From NCBI GenBank assembly GCA_964247055.1, contig OZ176052.1:8990001-9054000 (forward strand): 64,000 bases of DNA, given 5' to 3'. Numbering within the stretch: position 1 is the stretch's first letter; each line of letters starts with the position of its first letter. Under the pieces are notes generated by a model. The model ran no database searches and was not told the origin of the DNA. It saw only the letters and a program-made list of their open reading frames with translations. Source of the stretch: Paragordius varius. Lineage: Eukaryota > Animalia > Nematomorpha. The translations under genes and the position numbers were made by a program. Positions 12,854 through 26,800 of this stretch are shown here, piece by piece.

Positions 12854-13588
12854 CTAGCGTAAATCTCGTGCTGCTACGCAGCCCGAGGAAGTCCTTCGGA
12901 CTTCTGGGGGGGGGGGGGGGGGGGGGGTTAGAAGTTTGGATTTGAATGGGTCTACCGGTTTTCCTGTACCAGATCACAAAGCCATCATTTTCCATTTTTA
13001 TAAATATATAGATTACCATAAATAATGTATTAATATCCATATATCTTTTAACATCCTATACATATGATAGATACTCCTTACTCAGCAGCTATCATCAAAG
13101 AAACGCTTGACTAAAATTTTTGCCTTTTAACAGGCAATACGAAAAATCCTTCTCGAATTTTTACAGTCACCTTGGGCAAAAAAATACAATCAAAAAATTA
13201 TTTTTGTGGACTTTGTTTTTTTTTTGAAAAAATGGCATCTTACGGGGGGAGCGGGTAAAAAGAGGGCCTAAATCAAAAAAGTGGCTCGACTATGTTCGGC
13301 GCAATCGAAAATAGGTAAACAAAAATCATATTTGAAATAGAATGGACCATCACGTTCTTCAGAAAATTGTCTCAAAGACACGATTTTTGTGGACTTCTGT
13401 TTTCAAAAAAAACCCGTTTTTCACACGGGGTGGGCCCGAACTGGGGGCCTATTTCAAAAAAAGGGCGACACTATTGTCGGGCATTCATAAATGATTATAT
13501 TTTTTCGAAGTTTGGATTTGAATGGGTCTACCGGTTTTCCTGTACCAGATCACAAAGCCAGCATTTTCCATTTTTATAAATATATAGA
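12854..13588 (-). mobile_element. Non-autonomous Helitron, 735 bp
   Basis: On the - strand it starts A|TCTATATATTTATAAAAATGG and ends hairpin CTCGGGCTGCGTAGCAGCACGAG + 11 nt ending CTAG|T, so it sits in an A|T target with no TSD. Same family as 16508-21469. Confidence 0.85.
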
Positions 13589-14015
13589 TTAATGATATTG
13601 TTCACAAAGTGAAATGGCACACCAAGTCATAAATGTTTATAAAAGATTTGTAATATAAACATACAAATGCTGAAAATTCTTTTTATCGTTTGTATTAATC
13701 ACGGTAAAGGTAGATGGAAACACCAGGGTGTATTATTATGTTATTTTATTTTGATGTCTACATTTGTGAGATCATCAACTGGGTGTTAACGGATAATATA
13801 TTAAAATTCATGTATCAAACAAATATATAATTAAAAGTTTATTGTATTACACTATTAAAAATATTGCATTTTGGTACATTATATGAAAAAGTTAAAATAT
13901 TAGGTAGGACATAATTTTGAGTATCGTAATAGATTTGTCAATAGATTTAAAAATATTTTTAGACATAAAATATGTTATAAATCCATGAGGAATTGTGAAA
14001 TTGTGAGGTATCCGG

Positions 14016-17000
14016 TTATGATATTGCTACAAGACCCTTGATCTTCAATTTTTGCGCCAATTGTTGCTAAAAAAAATAATATTATGAATATATATTCAGC
14101 AATGGCAAAGAAATTTTTTTAATTGTGGGAAATTTGTTCTTTGAAAACTAACGAATGTTTTTAGTGCTATGTGCTTTTGGGTTTCACAGTACAATAAATT
14201 TAGAATACAAAAATACCAATCTGACTTTTGGAATTTCATAAACCTTATCCAAAAAATTGAAAATAAATAAAAATTTTATTATAAACCTTTTTCTGTAAAA
14301 AACTTTTTAAAATTTCAAATTTATTTGCATAATCATAAAAAGGTTATATATCAATTCAAATCGATAGTGTTATTAAACTTCTTTAGCAAATATACTTAAT
14401 AATCCAAGCACTCTGAAAATCTGTTACCTTGGCATTAAAAATTATAAAAAGTTGTCTTTATGAAAACATCAAACTTAAAAGAAACTTACCATTGCTTCGT
14501 AAAGATTTGGATGATATCGGATTCCCTTTTCTGAGTCGCATTTCGCCATATTTTTACGTTCTGGATCTCCTGCAACCAAAACCTCTTTTTCACCCTCAAT
14601 CTATCAAAAAAATTATTCAACTTATGTTTCAGCTTTATAAAAAATTGGAGAAATACCGCAACATATTTTACGAAATTCGGATGTTTAAATTTTTTAAATG
14701 CATACAGGTTCTAGATTTCGAACGATTCCCATCAAATCGGTCATCCGGTCTTCAAACCCAGGTGCAAACATTGCTGGATTTATGGCCACAAAACATTGCC
14801 CCTAAAAATATATTTAAATTAAATAAAAGCAGAAAAATTTAAATATATACTCTAAATGGGATCTTTTCAGATTTTGTTTATAGTCAATGCCTATGGAGAA
14901 ATATAGAATTTTTTATAATAAAAATGAGAAATTGATAATATATTTTTTATAAAACACAAACTTTTAATAATTTATTCATAGAAAGTTTTTTATTTAATTT
15001 ATACAAATCGGATCCTTGTATTATCTATTAAAACCGGTGAATGGCCAAATTGTAAAATAAAGTGAGCTGTTTGCGTGTGATTAAAATTTTTAAAGTATAA
15101 TTTGCCCTGTTCAATAACAACCAATTCAAATGCATGAAAAACAGTTTATCCTTTTTGACAATAAATGCAAATTATCATTAAAGTGTTAAATTTATACAAT
15201 ATGTTTTAAAACTAAAAAATGATATAAACATTTTGATATTTTTAAAGATCAAAGACAACGACAAATTAAACTCACTAGATCAGCCACTTTTTCCGTGTTC
15301 ATCCAACGCCGAATATTAGGTCCGTATGTACTACCCGCTAAGATGCCACAAAATATCTCAACCATCATAGCTAAACCGGAACCCTTATATCCACCAGTTT
15401 TTTCCATGCCTCCCAAAGGAAGTAAACCTCCGCCTAAAAGAACTTCTTTGGGTTTTTGTGTTTCAAGTCCGTCTTTATCTACACCCCAACATCTTGGTAT
15501 GGGTATACCTTGACGATCATGGTATTCCACCTAACAAAAACGTCTTTACTATTTTTATAGTATCAAGTGACAGAAATTTTTTGAGGTAAATTATCTATAT
15601 AACATCACAAATTCTAAGGAAATTATAGGACAAAAATTTAATTTGTTTAACATAACCGCAATTTATTTAAAAGGTGAATAAGGTGTGAAATTTAATAACT
15701 TTTCCAATGGCTGCGGTTGATGTAGCCATATCCAAACAAAAGTAATCTTCACCTTTTGCAGGGGCTGTAACGGCAATCGGATTTGTGCCTAAAATATTTT
15801 TTTTGCCCCGAGTTGGAACTTGTAAGGGTGATGTATTTGTAAATGCCATTCCCTGAAAATCAAAAAATACATATAATTGGAGCAAAATTGTGACAGCATT
15901 AAGCGCACGTTCACAATCTAAAATCGGTTAAATATATTAATTGTGCATAAAACTAAATATAATAAACATAACACATGTTTAATTGGATATTTAAAACATC
16001 AAACCAGGGCTGTCCAGAACATAGGATTTCTTGAGCCGTGTTTTTATAAATATTTTTTTAACTACAAAAAAAGTGAATTTGTTTTAAATATTTTATCAAC
16101 CACAAATAAAAATCACTCTCTGTTGATATTAATAAGTATTTGATAAAATTTAAACTAGCGGTAGAATAGGCTTTTTCAAATTTTTGTATGCCAAATTTTG
16201 AAACCTATGAAGATTTTAGTGGCCATGCCTATAATTCACCATTAAGCTTATAAATGTTAATTTTTGTAGATCTGTCGTAATCACGGCATATCCATATTAA
16301 AAGATAATATATTTTTAAAAAATTAAGGATTTTAAAATATTTGCTTCGTTTGATACAAAACCGATTTAAATTTTTAAAAATATTAATAGAAATCACCATG
16401 TATTAACCAATCTTAGGATACATTATATATATTACAACTGTTAGTACAAGACATAATCAATCCGTCATTTACCATTAAATCAGATAAGTTCTCTATTTAA
16501 ATGTTAATCTATATATTTATAAAAATGGAAAATGCTGGCTTTGTGATCTGGTACAGGAAAACCGGTAGACCCAATCAAATCCAAATATCGAAAAAATATA
16601 ATCATTAATAAATGTCCCGACAATAGCTTCGCCCTTTTTTTGAAATAGGCCCCCAGTTCGGGCCCACCCCGTATGAAAAACGGGTTTTTTTTGAAAACAG
16701 AAGTCCACAAAATCGTGTTTTTGAGACAATTTTCCGGAGAACGTGTTGGACCATTCAATTTCAAATATGATTTTTGTTTACTTATTTTCGATTGCGCCGA
16801 ACATAGTCGAGTCACTTTTTTGATTTAGGCCCTCTTTTTACCCGCTCCCCCCGTAAAATGCCATTTTTTTCAAAAAACAAAGTCCACAAAAATAATTTTC
16901 TAAATCGATTTTTCGCCCTAGGTATGAGACCGTAAAAATTCAATAAAGATTCCACGTATTCCCTGTTAAAAGGCAAAAATTTTAGTCCACCGTTTATTTG

Positions 17001-20000
17001 ATGATAGCTGCTGGGTAAGGAGCTACCCGCTAAAAACTGATTTTTCATATAACTTTGTGAACTGTTTCTGGAAAACCGGTGATCCCAATCAAATCCAAAT
17101 ATCGAAAAAATATAATCATTAATGAATGCCCCGACAATAGCTTCGCCCTTTTTTTGAAATAGGCCCCCAGTTCGGGCCCACCCCGTGTGAAAAATGGGTT
17201 AAGTCAATTTTTTGGAGAACGTGTTGGACCATTCAATTTCAAATATGATTTTTGTTTACTTATTTTTGATTGCGCCGAACATGGTCGAGTCACTTTTTTG
17301 ATTTAGGCCCTCTTTTTACCCGCTACCCCCGTAAAATGCCATTTTTTTCAAAAAAAAACAAAGTCCACAAAAATATTTTTTTGATTGTATTTTTTTGTCC
17401 ACGGTATGAGACTGTAAAAATTCGAGAAAGATTTTTCGTATTGCCTGTTAAAAGGCAAAAATTTTAGTCAAGCGTTTCTTTGATGATAGATGCTGAGTAA
17501 GGAGTATCTATCATATGCATAGCATGTTAAAAGATATATGGATATTAATACATTATTTATCCTCATCTATATATTTATAAAAATGGAAAATGCTGGCTTT
17601 GTGATCTGGTACAGGAAAACCGGTAGACCCAATCAAATCCAAATATCGAAAAAATATAATCATTAATAAATGTCCCGACAATAGCTTCGCCCTTTTTTTG
17701 AAATAGGCCCCCAGTTCGGGCCCACCCCGTATGAAAAACGGGTTTTTTTTGAAAACAGAAGTCCACAAAATCGTGTTTTTGAGACAATTTTCCGGAGAAC
17801 GTGTTGGACCATTCAATTTCAAATATGATTTTTGTTTACTTATTTTCGATTGCGCCGAACATAGTCGAGTCACTTTTTTGATTTAGGCCCTCTTTTTACC
17901 CGCTCCCCCCGTAAAATGCCATTTTTTTCAAAAAACAAAGTCCACAAAAATAATTTTCTAAATCGATTTTTCGCCCTAGGTATGAGACCGTAAAAATTCA
18001 ATAAAGATTCCACGTATTCCCTGTTAAAAGGCAAAAATTTTAGTCCACCGTTTATTTGATGATAGCTGCTGGGTAAGGAGCTACCCGCTAAAAACTGATT
18101 TTTCATATAACTTTGTGAACTGTTTCTGGAAAACCGGTGATCCCAATCAAATCCAAATATCGAAAAAATATAATCATTAATGAATGCCCCGACAATAGCT
18201 TCGCCCTTTTTTTGAAATAGGCCCCCAGTTCGGGCCCACCCCGTGTGAAAAATGGGTTAAGTCAATTTTTTGGAGAACGTGTTGGACCATTCAATTTCAA
18301 ATATGATTTTTGTTTACTTATTTTTGATTGCGCCGAACATGGTCGAGTCACTTTTTTGATTTAGGCCCTCTTTTTACCCGCTACCCCCGTAAAATGCCAT
18401 TTTTTTCAAAAAAAAACAAAGTCCACAAAAATATTTTTTTGATTGTATTTTTTTGTCCACGGTATGAGACTGTAAAAATTCGAGAAAGATTTTTCGTATT
18501 GCCTGTTAAAAGGCAAAAATTTTAGTCAAGCGTTTCTTTGATGATAGATGCTGAGTAAGGAGTATCTATCATATGCATAGCATGTTAAAAGATATATGGA
18601 TATTAATACATTATTTATCCTCATCTATATATTTATAAAAATGGAAAATGCTGGCTTTGTGATCTGGTACAGGAAAACCGGTAGACCCAATCAAATCCAA
18701 ATATCGAAAAAATATAATCATTAATAAATGTCCCGACAATAGCTTCGCCCTTTTTTTGAAATAGGCCCCCAGTTCGGGCCCACCCCGTATGAAAAACGGG
18801 TTTTTTTTGAAAACACAAGTCCACAAAATCGTGTTTTTGAGACAATTTTCCGGAGAACGTGTTGGACCATTCAATTTCAAATATGATTTTTGTTTACTTA
18901 TTTTCGATTGCGCCGAACATAGTCGAGTCACTTTTTTGATTTAGGCCCTCTTTTTACCCGCTCCCCCCGTAAAATGCCATTTTTTTCAAAAAACAAAGTC
19001 CACAAAAATAATTTTCTAAATCGATTTTTCGCCCTAGGTATGAGACCGTAAAAATTCAATAAAGATTCCACGTATTCCCTGTTAAAAGGCAAAAATTTTA
19101 GTCCACCGTTTATTTGATGATAGCTGCTGGGTAAGGAGCTACCCGCTAAAAACTGATTTTTCATATAACTTTGTGAACTGTTTCTGGAAAACCGGTGATC
19201 CCAATCAAATCCAAATATCGAAAAAATATAATCATTAATGAATGCCCCGACAATAGCTTCGCCCTTTTTTTGAAATAGGCCCCCAGTTCGGGCCCACCCC
19301 GTGTGAAAAATGGGTTAAGTCAATTTTTTGGAGAACGTGTTGGACCATTCAATTTCAAATATGATTTTTGTTTACTTATTTTTGATTGCGCCGAACATGG
19401 TCGAGTCACTTTTTTGATTTAGGCCCTCTTTTTACCCGCTACCCCCGTAAAATGCCATTTTTTTCAAAAAAAAACAAAGTCCACAAAAATATTTTTTTGA
19501 TTGTATTTTTTTGTCCACGGTATGAGACTGTAAAAATTCGAGAAAGATTTTTCGTATTGCCTGTTAAAAGGCAAAAATTTTAGTCAAGCGTTTCTTTGAT
19601 GATAGATGCTGAGTAAGGAGTATCTATCATATGCATAGCATGTTAAAAGATATATGGATATTAATACATTATTTATCCTCATCTATATATTTATAAAAAT
19701 GGAAAATGCTGGCTTTGTGATCTGGTACAGGAAAACCGGTAGACCCAATCAAATCCAAATATCGAAAAAATATAATCATTAATAAATGTCCCGACAATAG
19801 CTTCGCCCTTTTTTTGAAATAGGCCCCCAGTTCGGGCCCACCCCGTATGAAAAACGGGTTTTTTTTGAAAACAGAAGTCCACAAAATCGTGTTTTTGAGA
19901 CAATTTTCCGGAGAACGTGTTGGACCATTCAATTTCAAATATGATTTTTGTTTACTTATTTTCGATTGCGCCGAACATAGTCGAGTCACTTTTTTGATTT

Positions 20001-23000
20001 AGGCCCTCTTTTTACCCGCTCCCCCCGTAAAATGCCATTTTTTTCAAAAAACAAAGTCCACAAAAATAATTTTCTAAATCGATTTTTCGCCCTAGGTATG
20101 AGACCGTAAAAATTCAATAAAGATTCCACGTATTCCCTGTTAAAAGGCAAAAATTTTAGTCCACCGTTTATTTGATGATAGCTGCTGGGTAAGGAGCTAC
20201 CCGCTAAAAACTGATTTTTCATATAACTTTGTGAACTGTTTCCGGAAAACCGGTGATACCAATCAAATCCAAATATCGAAAAAATATAATCATTAATGAA
20301 TGCCCCGACAATAGCTTCGCCCTTTTTTTGAAATAGGCCCCCAGTTCGGGCCCACCCCGTGTGAAAAATGGGTTAAGTCAATTTTTTGGAGAACGTGTTG
20401 GACCATTCAATTTCAAATATGATTTTTGTTTACTTATTTTTGATTGCGCCGAACATGGTCGAGTCACTTTTTTGATTTAGGCCCTCTTTTTACCCGCTAC
20501 CCCCGTAAAATGCCATTTTTTTCAAAAAAAAACAAAGTCCACAAAAATATTTTTTTGATTGTATTTTTTTGTCCACGGTATGAGACTGTAAAAATTCGAG
20601 AAAGATTTTTCGTATTGCCTGTTAAAAGGCAAAAATTTTAGTCAAGCGTTTCTTTGATGATAGATGCTGAGTAAGGAGCATCTATCATATGCATAGCATG
20701 TTAAAAGATATATGGATATTAATACATTATTTATCCTCATCTATATATTTATAAAAATTGAAAATGCTGGCTTTGTGATCTGGTACAGGAAAACCGGTAG
20801 ACCCAATCAAATCCAAATATCGAAAAAATATAATCATTAATAAATGTCCCGACAATAGCTTCGCCCTTTTTTTGAAATAGGCCCCCAGTTCGGGCCCACC
20901 CCGTATGAAAAACGGGTTTTTTTTGAAAACAGAAGTCCACAAAATCGTGTTTTTGAGACAATTTTCCGGAGAACGTGTTGGACCATTCAATTTCAAATAT
21001 GATTTTTGTTTACTTATTTTCGATTGCGCCGAACATAGTCGAGTCACTTTTTTGATTTAGGCCCTCTTTTTACCCGCTCCCCCCGTAAAATGCCATTTTT
21101 TTCAAAAAACAAAGTCCACAAAAATAATTTTCTAAATCGATTTTTCGCCCTAGGTATGAGACCGTAAAAATTCAATAAAGATTCCACGTATTCCCTGTTA
21201 AAAGGCAAAAATTTTAGTCAAACGTTTCTTTGATGATAGCTCCTGAGTAAGGAGTATCTATCATATGTATAGCATGTTAAAAGATATATGGATATCAAAA
21301 CATTATTTATGGTAATCTATATATTTATAAAAATGGAAAATGCTGGCTTTGTGATCTACAGGAAAAACGGTAGACCCATTCAAATCCAAACTTCGAACCC
21401 CCCCCCCCCCCCCCCCCAGAAGTCCGAAGGACTTCCTCGGGCTGCGTAGCAGCACGAGATTCACGCTAGTTAGATATATAATTTTACATTATAAATGAAA
21501 TAACATATTACATATTGCATTTTTTTAAGAGATTATAGAATTTTTGCGGGCCTCAGAAAAAGATGCTCTCGGCAGCGTACTAAAAACTCTTGACCTAGAC
21601 TTAAATATAAATAAAGTGAAGATTTTTTACACTACAAACCCTCGTCGTTACCCAGACAGTTAAATATTTTCTCGGAAAATATGTGAGATTTTCAATATGT
21701 TCACATCACAAATTAACATATTAAATTATAATGCGATACCAATAATCCCTGATTGGTAGCCATTATCGAATAATATCCGGCTATCCCAAAATGATTTGAA
21801 TCTAAAAATCAATTAATTTATCTATATACCATAAAATTTAATACAGTTGAAAATAGTTTAGTTTTCAATATAATTGTCCATATGTATAAAATTATTTCAA
21901 TTGAATGAAAAGGTACTTTTGCAAGCCACCCATCCTACACCAGTTTCTTTGGCCTTTTTTATGGCTAAATTCATTGCAAACATTCCGACAACTGGGCCCA
22001 ACAGATTATTTCCATCGACCCATGCAGTCGATACCGTTTCTTTCAAGATAGTTGGAGTCCCGTCGCCTTTGCAAATTCGAGTTTCAACATCTTTGACATA
22101 CATGGCTATACATTTTTATAACTTAAGTTTACAATTTCCAAATAGGTGACAAAAAATTATAACAAATTTACACGAATCATATTCGTATATTATTAATTTC
22201 AACAGGAAAATTAGTTTTAAGTTGATGGGAAGAAAAATTCACGAATATTAACAAAAGTTAAGCTCAATAAACATAATATGTATCCAGCACATGCTAATAG
22301 AAATCGTGGGAGGTTTTAAAACAAAAACTTTAAAAATCATAATATCTAAGGAAACGGCTAAATTAGAAACAAAGAAAATCCAAATTAAATTATTAATTAA
22401 TTTACTATCGGGCATGGGTATAAAAATGTCTAACATATGCCTAAATAAATTTTAACTTTTAGTGTTGGAAAATATAATTTGGGGCAATTATTTCTGGTAT
22501 TGATTCAAAATCAGTGTTATTTAAATTTTGAACAAACCTGTCTATTAATAAGGCTTTTTGATCAATATATTAAAATATAATTTTGATGATAGTTTTTTTC
22601 TAGCATATCCATTGCAAATGAGTGGTTATTTTACTTCCCTAAAACAATTAGTGTTCATTTAAAACCAATTTTGAGAACATGTAAACACTGTCAATGATCT
22701 GGTATATATCTGCATATAGTTTTTAAATAATCTCCATAAAATGTTTTATATTTGAATTAAAGAAAAAATGGGGATTTTAAATCAGAAATCAATTTTTAAT
22801 TATGATAAATGATTTAAATTTTAATAAAGGTTTGTTATTGTAATTATTTGCATTAGTAACAATTTTGGATGGTATTCTAAAGTTTAAACTAAATAATCAC
22901 ATAAGTGAATTTTGAGGACAGCAATAGAGGCCTTAACATCCAAAAATTAAATGATTATGATTAATTAAAGCAATAAGAAGTAGTGCCAAACTCAAGCGTC

Positions 23001-23600
23001 AAAAAATCATTTTTTATATACATTGGCGACAACATTATATTATATTTTAATCACACGATAAAAAATGATACTTTAACTTAGTAAATAACTGTTTTCAAAG
23101 CATTCATCTATTTTAAAATAGGGAGTAATTAATATTTTACGTAATCGATTTAGACCATGGCTATAATGACCCCTGTAATCTGCGGTGACAAGCAATTCGG
23201 CCAAGGACTTTGCATGATCTTCTTGAGTGCCCACGGCCTTCATGGCGTCTGTCGCAAAACGCTTTGCATCAGCCATAGGTATGAGGACTTTAGCCACGTT
23301 TTCAGACATTGTAGCTGAATTATGATAATTGCAACTGGGAATTAAATTTGGGATAAAAGTTTGCGTAAGTTTGGTTTTATTTCTCGTGTCGTATTCAGAA
23401 TTATTTTGAGGCGTAATATAACTTTCAGGATCTTGTGTGGTTGCACTGAAAGTAGAATAATAAGATTCTGGTGAATATAGGGGTCCTGGGCACCTTTGAA
23501 TACTCTTATCAGCAAATACGGTTAAAGGGAATTGCGTACGGCACGGATTAAAAGCTGTCGTGTTAATCCTACGACCCATAACGGTATATTTAACATGCAT
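14016..23600 (-). CDS. Ldh_2-family (malate/L-lactate/ureidoglycolate dehydrogenase-like) oxidoreductase, 8 exons
   Basis: Exons (23600 or 23309)-23141, 22105-21917, 21802-21740, 15852-15700, 15530-15276, 14801-14706, 14600-14490, 14066-14016. Motifs [85 protein letters not shown]. Start codon is uncertain. Confidence 0.9.
16508..21469 (+). mobile_element. Helitron-derived tandem array in intron 3 of the Ldh_2 gene: about 4.5 units of 1058 bp, each a dimer of ~0.5-kb subunits, plus one 3' terminus
   Basis: Units start at 16508, 17566, 18624, 19682 and 20740, and the ORF track repeats at exactly 1058 bp. Each unit begins TCTATATATTTATAAAAATGG. The array ends with C20, two hairpins and CTAG|T at 21469. 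Confidence 0.9.
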
Positions 23601-25979
23601 TTGTGAGAGTGGAATAATTAATATAAAATTACCCAAACTTTATATAATTGAACAAATTATAAGATCAACAAAAACATCATAATTAAGTTATAGCTATGTA
23701 TTATAATAAACTTATATTTTAATTATCTATGTGTATTGATTGATGTTTACCCAATCAATAACATTGTTTTTTTGGTAAATAATATATGAATATATGCACA
23801 TTGTGCAACACTGGAAACCTTGAAATACATTATAATAAAAATTACGTTATGCGTTAAGTATGTAAAAACTAATAATGTAAACAAATTGTAACATATATCA
23901 TAAATATACCTTGCTAAATGTGATGAAATTCCAAAAAAATTTCGTGAAATCTTGCTGGTAGTCGTTTAAGAGATTGGGTTCGAAGTGAGATATTAGTGAA
24001 AGTTGACGAAAAAAAATACTAAAAGAAAGATAAAAAAAGTTAAAACATTAAATTTTTATTTATATAGACTAGACTACATAAAGTGCGCTTTATTGTTATC
24101 TTAAAATCATTGTTGAAAAATGCATTTTATTTTGTGATATTATACGTATACAGTACTGATTTGGCACCACCATAAGGTGGACACAAAAAAACAATAACAA
24201 ATATTTTGCATTTATACGGACATATCCAAAAAAATTTTGGACTCAAATTCGATATTTGTTGCTTCTTATAAGTTATTTTTGCCTCATTTTATATTATTCT
24301 TATGCGAAAAGTTTTTGTTATTGTTAACAAAATTTATATTTTTTTCATTAGTATCAAAATAAAGGGATGGATGGGTAGGTAAATAAACACGTGTTAAAAA
24401 TATTTAAACAAAAATGTGTCATGTAAATGTTGTTGCCCTTAAAAATATATATCAAATGTAATAAAAATTATTATAAATATTTATTACCTTGGAGATAAAA
24501 AGGAGAATATTTTGTAGATCTTTAAAAATAGTTAATATTGTAAAAGAGTAAAATTAAATAAAAAATAATAAAAGAGGGACTTCCTCACTCAGTTTCAGAA
24601 TGATTATTTTATAAATATTTATTCATGTATGGCTGTTATTTACAATTAGATTTTTTACATACACATTAGTAAACACCATTCGGGGAAAACTAGAGTAAAT
24701 TGGATAGAAAAAAAACAGAATCAATTATATTTTTATTTTTTTAGTTATGTATGCATTATTATATATTTTATAATAAATGTAAAATATTTTTTTTATAAAG
24801 ATTTACATTAGTCAAAAAATAAAACAATAAAACGGGGACCGTTTCTTTGGCAACTTTTTAGCGGTACTTTGTTTAAAACCACGGCCATAAAATTACAAAA
24901 AATCGTAATAAATAATTAGCATGTAAAATAATTTTAATATATAATTAGGATAATAAAACTATTAAGATATTTTGTCCGTTTTATTTTTCAATATAGGATA
25001 TTTAATTTCATAATTTAGAATGATTTCAAATGATAATTGTTCACACTATTGATAAAATATTTGGTGTCTTCAAATTTAATTAAATAATATTGTGATCAAA
25101 ATAAATCACTTAAATTTAAAGGTGAAACAATATTTATTTGATAATTCAGAGTCGGAGAAATCTTATGAAAAACTGTAATTACACTGTGTCCGAAAGCTTC
25201 CATAAAGCAAACTATGTGTTTTTACTGCAATCATTTATTTTGATTTTATAATCCAACCTATATTAACAATTATCGGACAATATCAAGTTTTGCGTTTATT
25301 TTGGACAGCTAGCCATTTTAACGGATTTCATGCAAGACTTTCAAGAGTCATTGTTGTAAATTAATTTATTTTTTAAATATTTTTGGTCTAAAATTTACCA
25401 AATAAATATTTTGATGTAAAGCCATTAAGCCAATTCGCATCCTACGACCTTTTAGGTAAATTATAAAATAACATTATATAAAAAATATAAAATAATTCAA
25501 AAAAACCTCATTTCAATTTTTAACTCCTCAATAATTAATTTTTAATTTTCGCTAAATCGCTAATCGGCAAATAAATACAGTTAATAAATAGAATCAATAA
25601 CCCAAATAATCATTTCACTTGACAATATATTTTCGTTAGAATTTACTTTATAATCAGTTTGTTGAATATTTGATTTTAATGTTATTAGACCCTAGAATGT
25701 GTTTGTGCGGCCCTTGACAACTTTTTATGCTGTCGGCGAATTCTTAATAAAAAATATTTTAATAATTTATAAAAATTATTACATATTTTCTTTAATTTAA
25801 ATAATTTTTTTTACAATTTTATATAAACAATTATTTCTACAAATATATCAATAATATTTTTTTCATTTAAAATCGAATAATAACTTAAATTAACTATAAA
25901 TCAACATGAATTGCAGTTAAACACGAATTTTTTTTAAAAATCTATGGAGAATAAATAGCCTAAGCACTTCATCACCTTT

Positions 25980-26800
25980 TGTAGTTTTCCAAAAATATAT
26001 TCTATTATAAAAAAATATTTAAAAAACTTTAGAGCATTCTTAAGCCATTTAGGCGCATGATTCAGACTAAATTTAAAAAATAAAATTGTAAAAAAACTTC
26101 ATCAGCTTGTCGCCTCCATTTTGTATCTTAGGTTTTTCCAATCGCTAAATACAGGCGAATAAATATATTTTATGGTTAAAAAATGTAAATTCAAATTGCA
26201 TTTTAGCAGCATTTTTTGATACTTATCTTTTTCATCAGCTATTTGTTTCAATCGGCTGATAAATAGATAATTCTTTTTCGAACACAAAAGAACATAGTTT
26301 AATTAATAAATTTTAAACAACATTTTTTATCACTTCATTACCTTTTCTCTTTTTTGTCCTAGTTTACTTTTGGGGTAATTTTACAGATCGTAATTTTGTA
26401 AATAAACTACTGTTTTGAAAGTTATTTTAGTAATAATTAAATTATCAAACATTGTTCTCATGCATCAATAAATATTTTTTACACTTTGGTGACTTCTAGA
26501 GTCTAAAATTGGGACAGCTCCGAATACGATTGAAACGAAGAGCTGATATTAAAATAAAATATATCAAGTTTTTGCTGGTAAAATGCAGAAAGCTTTATAC
26601 AATTAACTATTTACAATTTTTATAAAAGAATTTATAGATATAAAGATGGCGGCTGAGGATAAAAAAATTTTTGTATAATGTGCATTAAAGACTTAAGAAA
26701 GCATATTTATTTGCGGCTTAATATTTAATATACTTTTTAAGTTATTTATATTTCGAATCGTTCTGGGATGTAAGACTATCCCAACAGGTAATGCAGAAAA
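25980..26800. repeat. Dispersed MITE-like repeat family copy (others at ~47240-48410 and ~62690-63880)
   Basis: Shared blocks atggcggc...tataatg(t/c)gc..aaagact...aaagcat and attttgtaaataaactac. Boundaries approximate. Confidence 0.55.

Noticed and set aside
14429-14842. 137-aa plus-strand ORF and similar shadow ORFs (15295, 21874, 43788, 52946)
   Set aside because: They are antisense to well-supported exons.
16504-21047. Repeated 65-106 aa ORFs in the tandem array
   Set aside because: They recur only because the DNA repeats. They overlap on both strands, are Phe/Lys-biased and show no Rep/helicase or other motif.
16508-21469. CRISPR-like or prokaryotic repeat system
   Set aside because: Units are ~1 kb with no unique spacers, there are no cas genes, and the context is an intron of an animal gene.
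14016-23600. Horizontal transfer of a bacterial-type Ldh_2 dehydrogenase
   Set aside because: The family is known from many invertebrates, and this copy has seven spliceosomal introns and host-like composition. A phylogeny would be needed to claim more.
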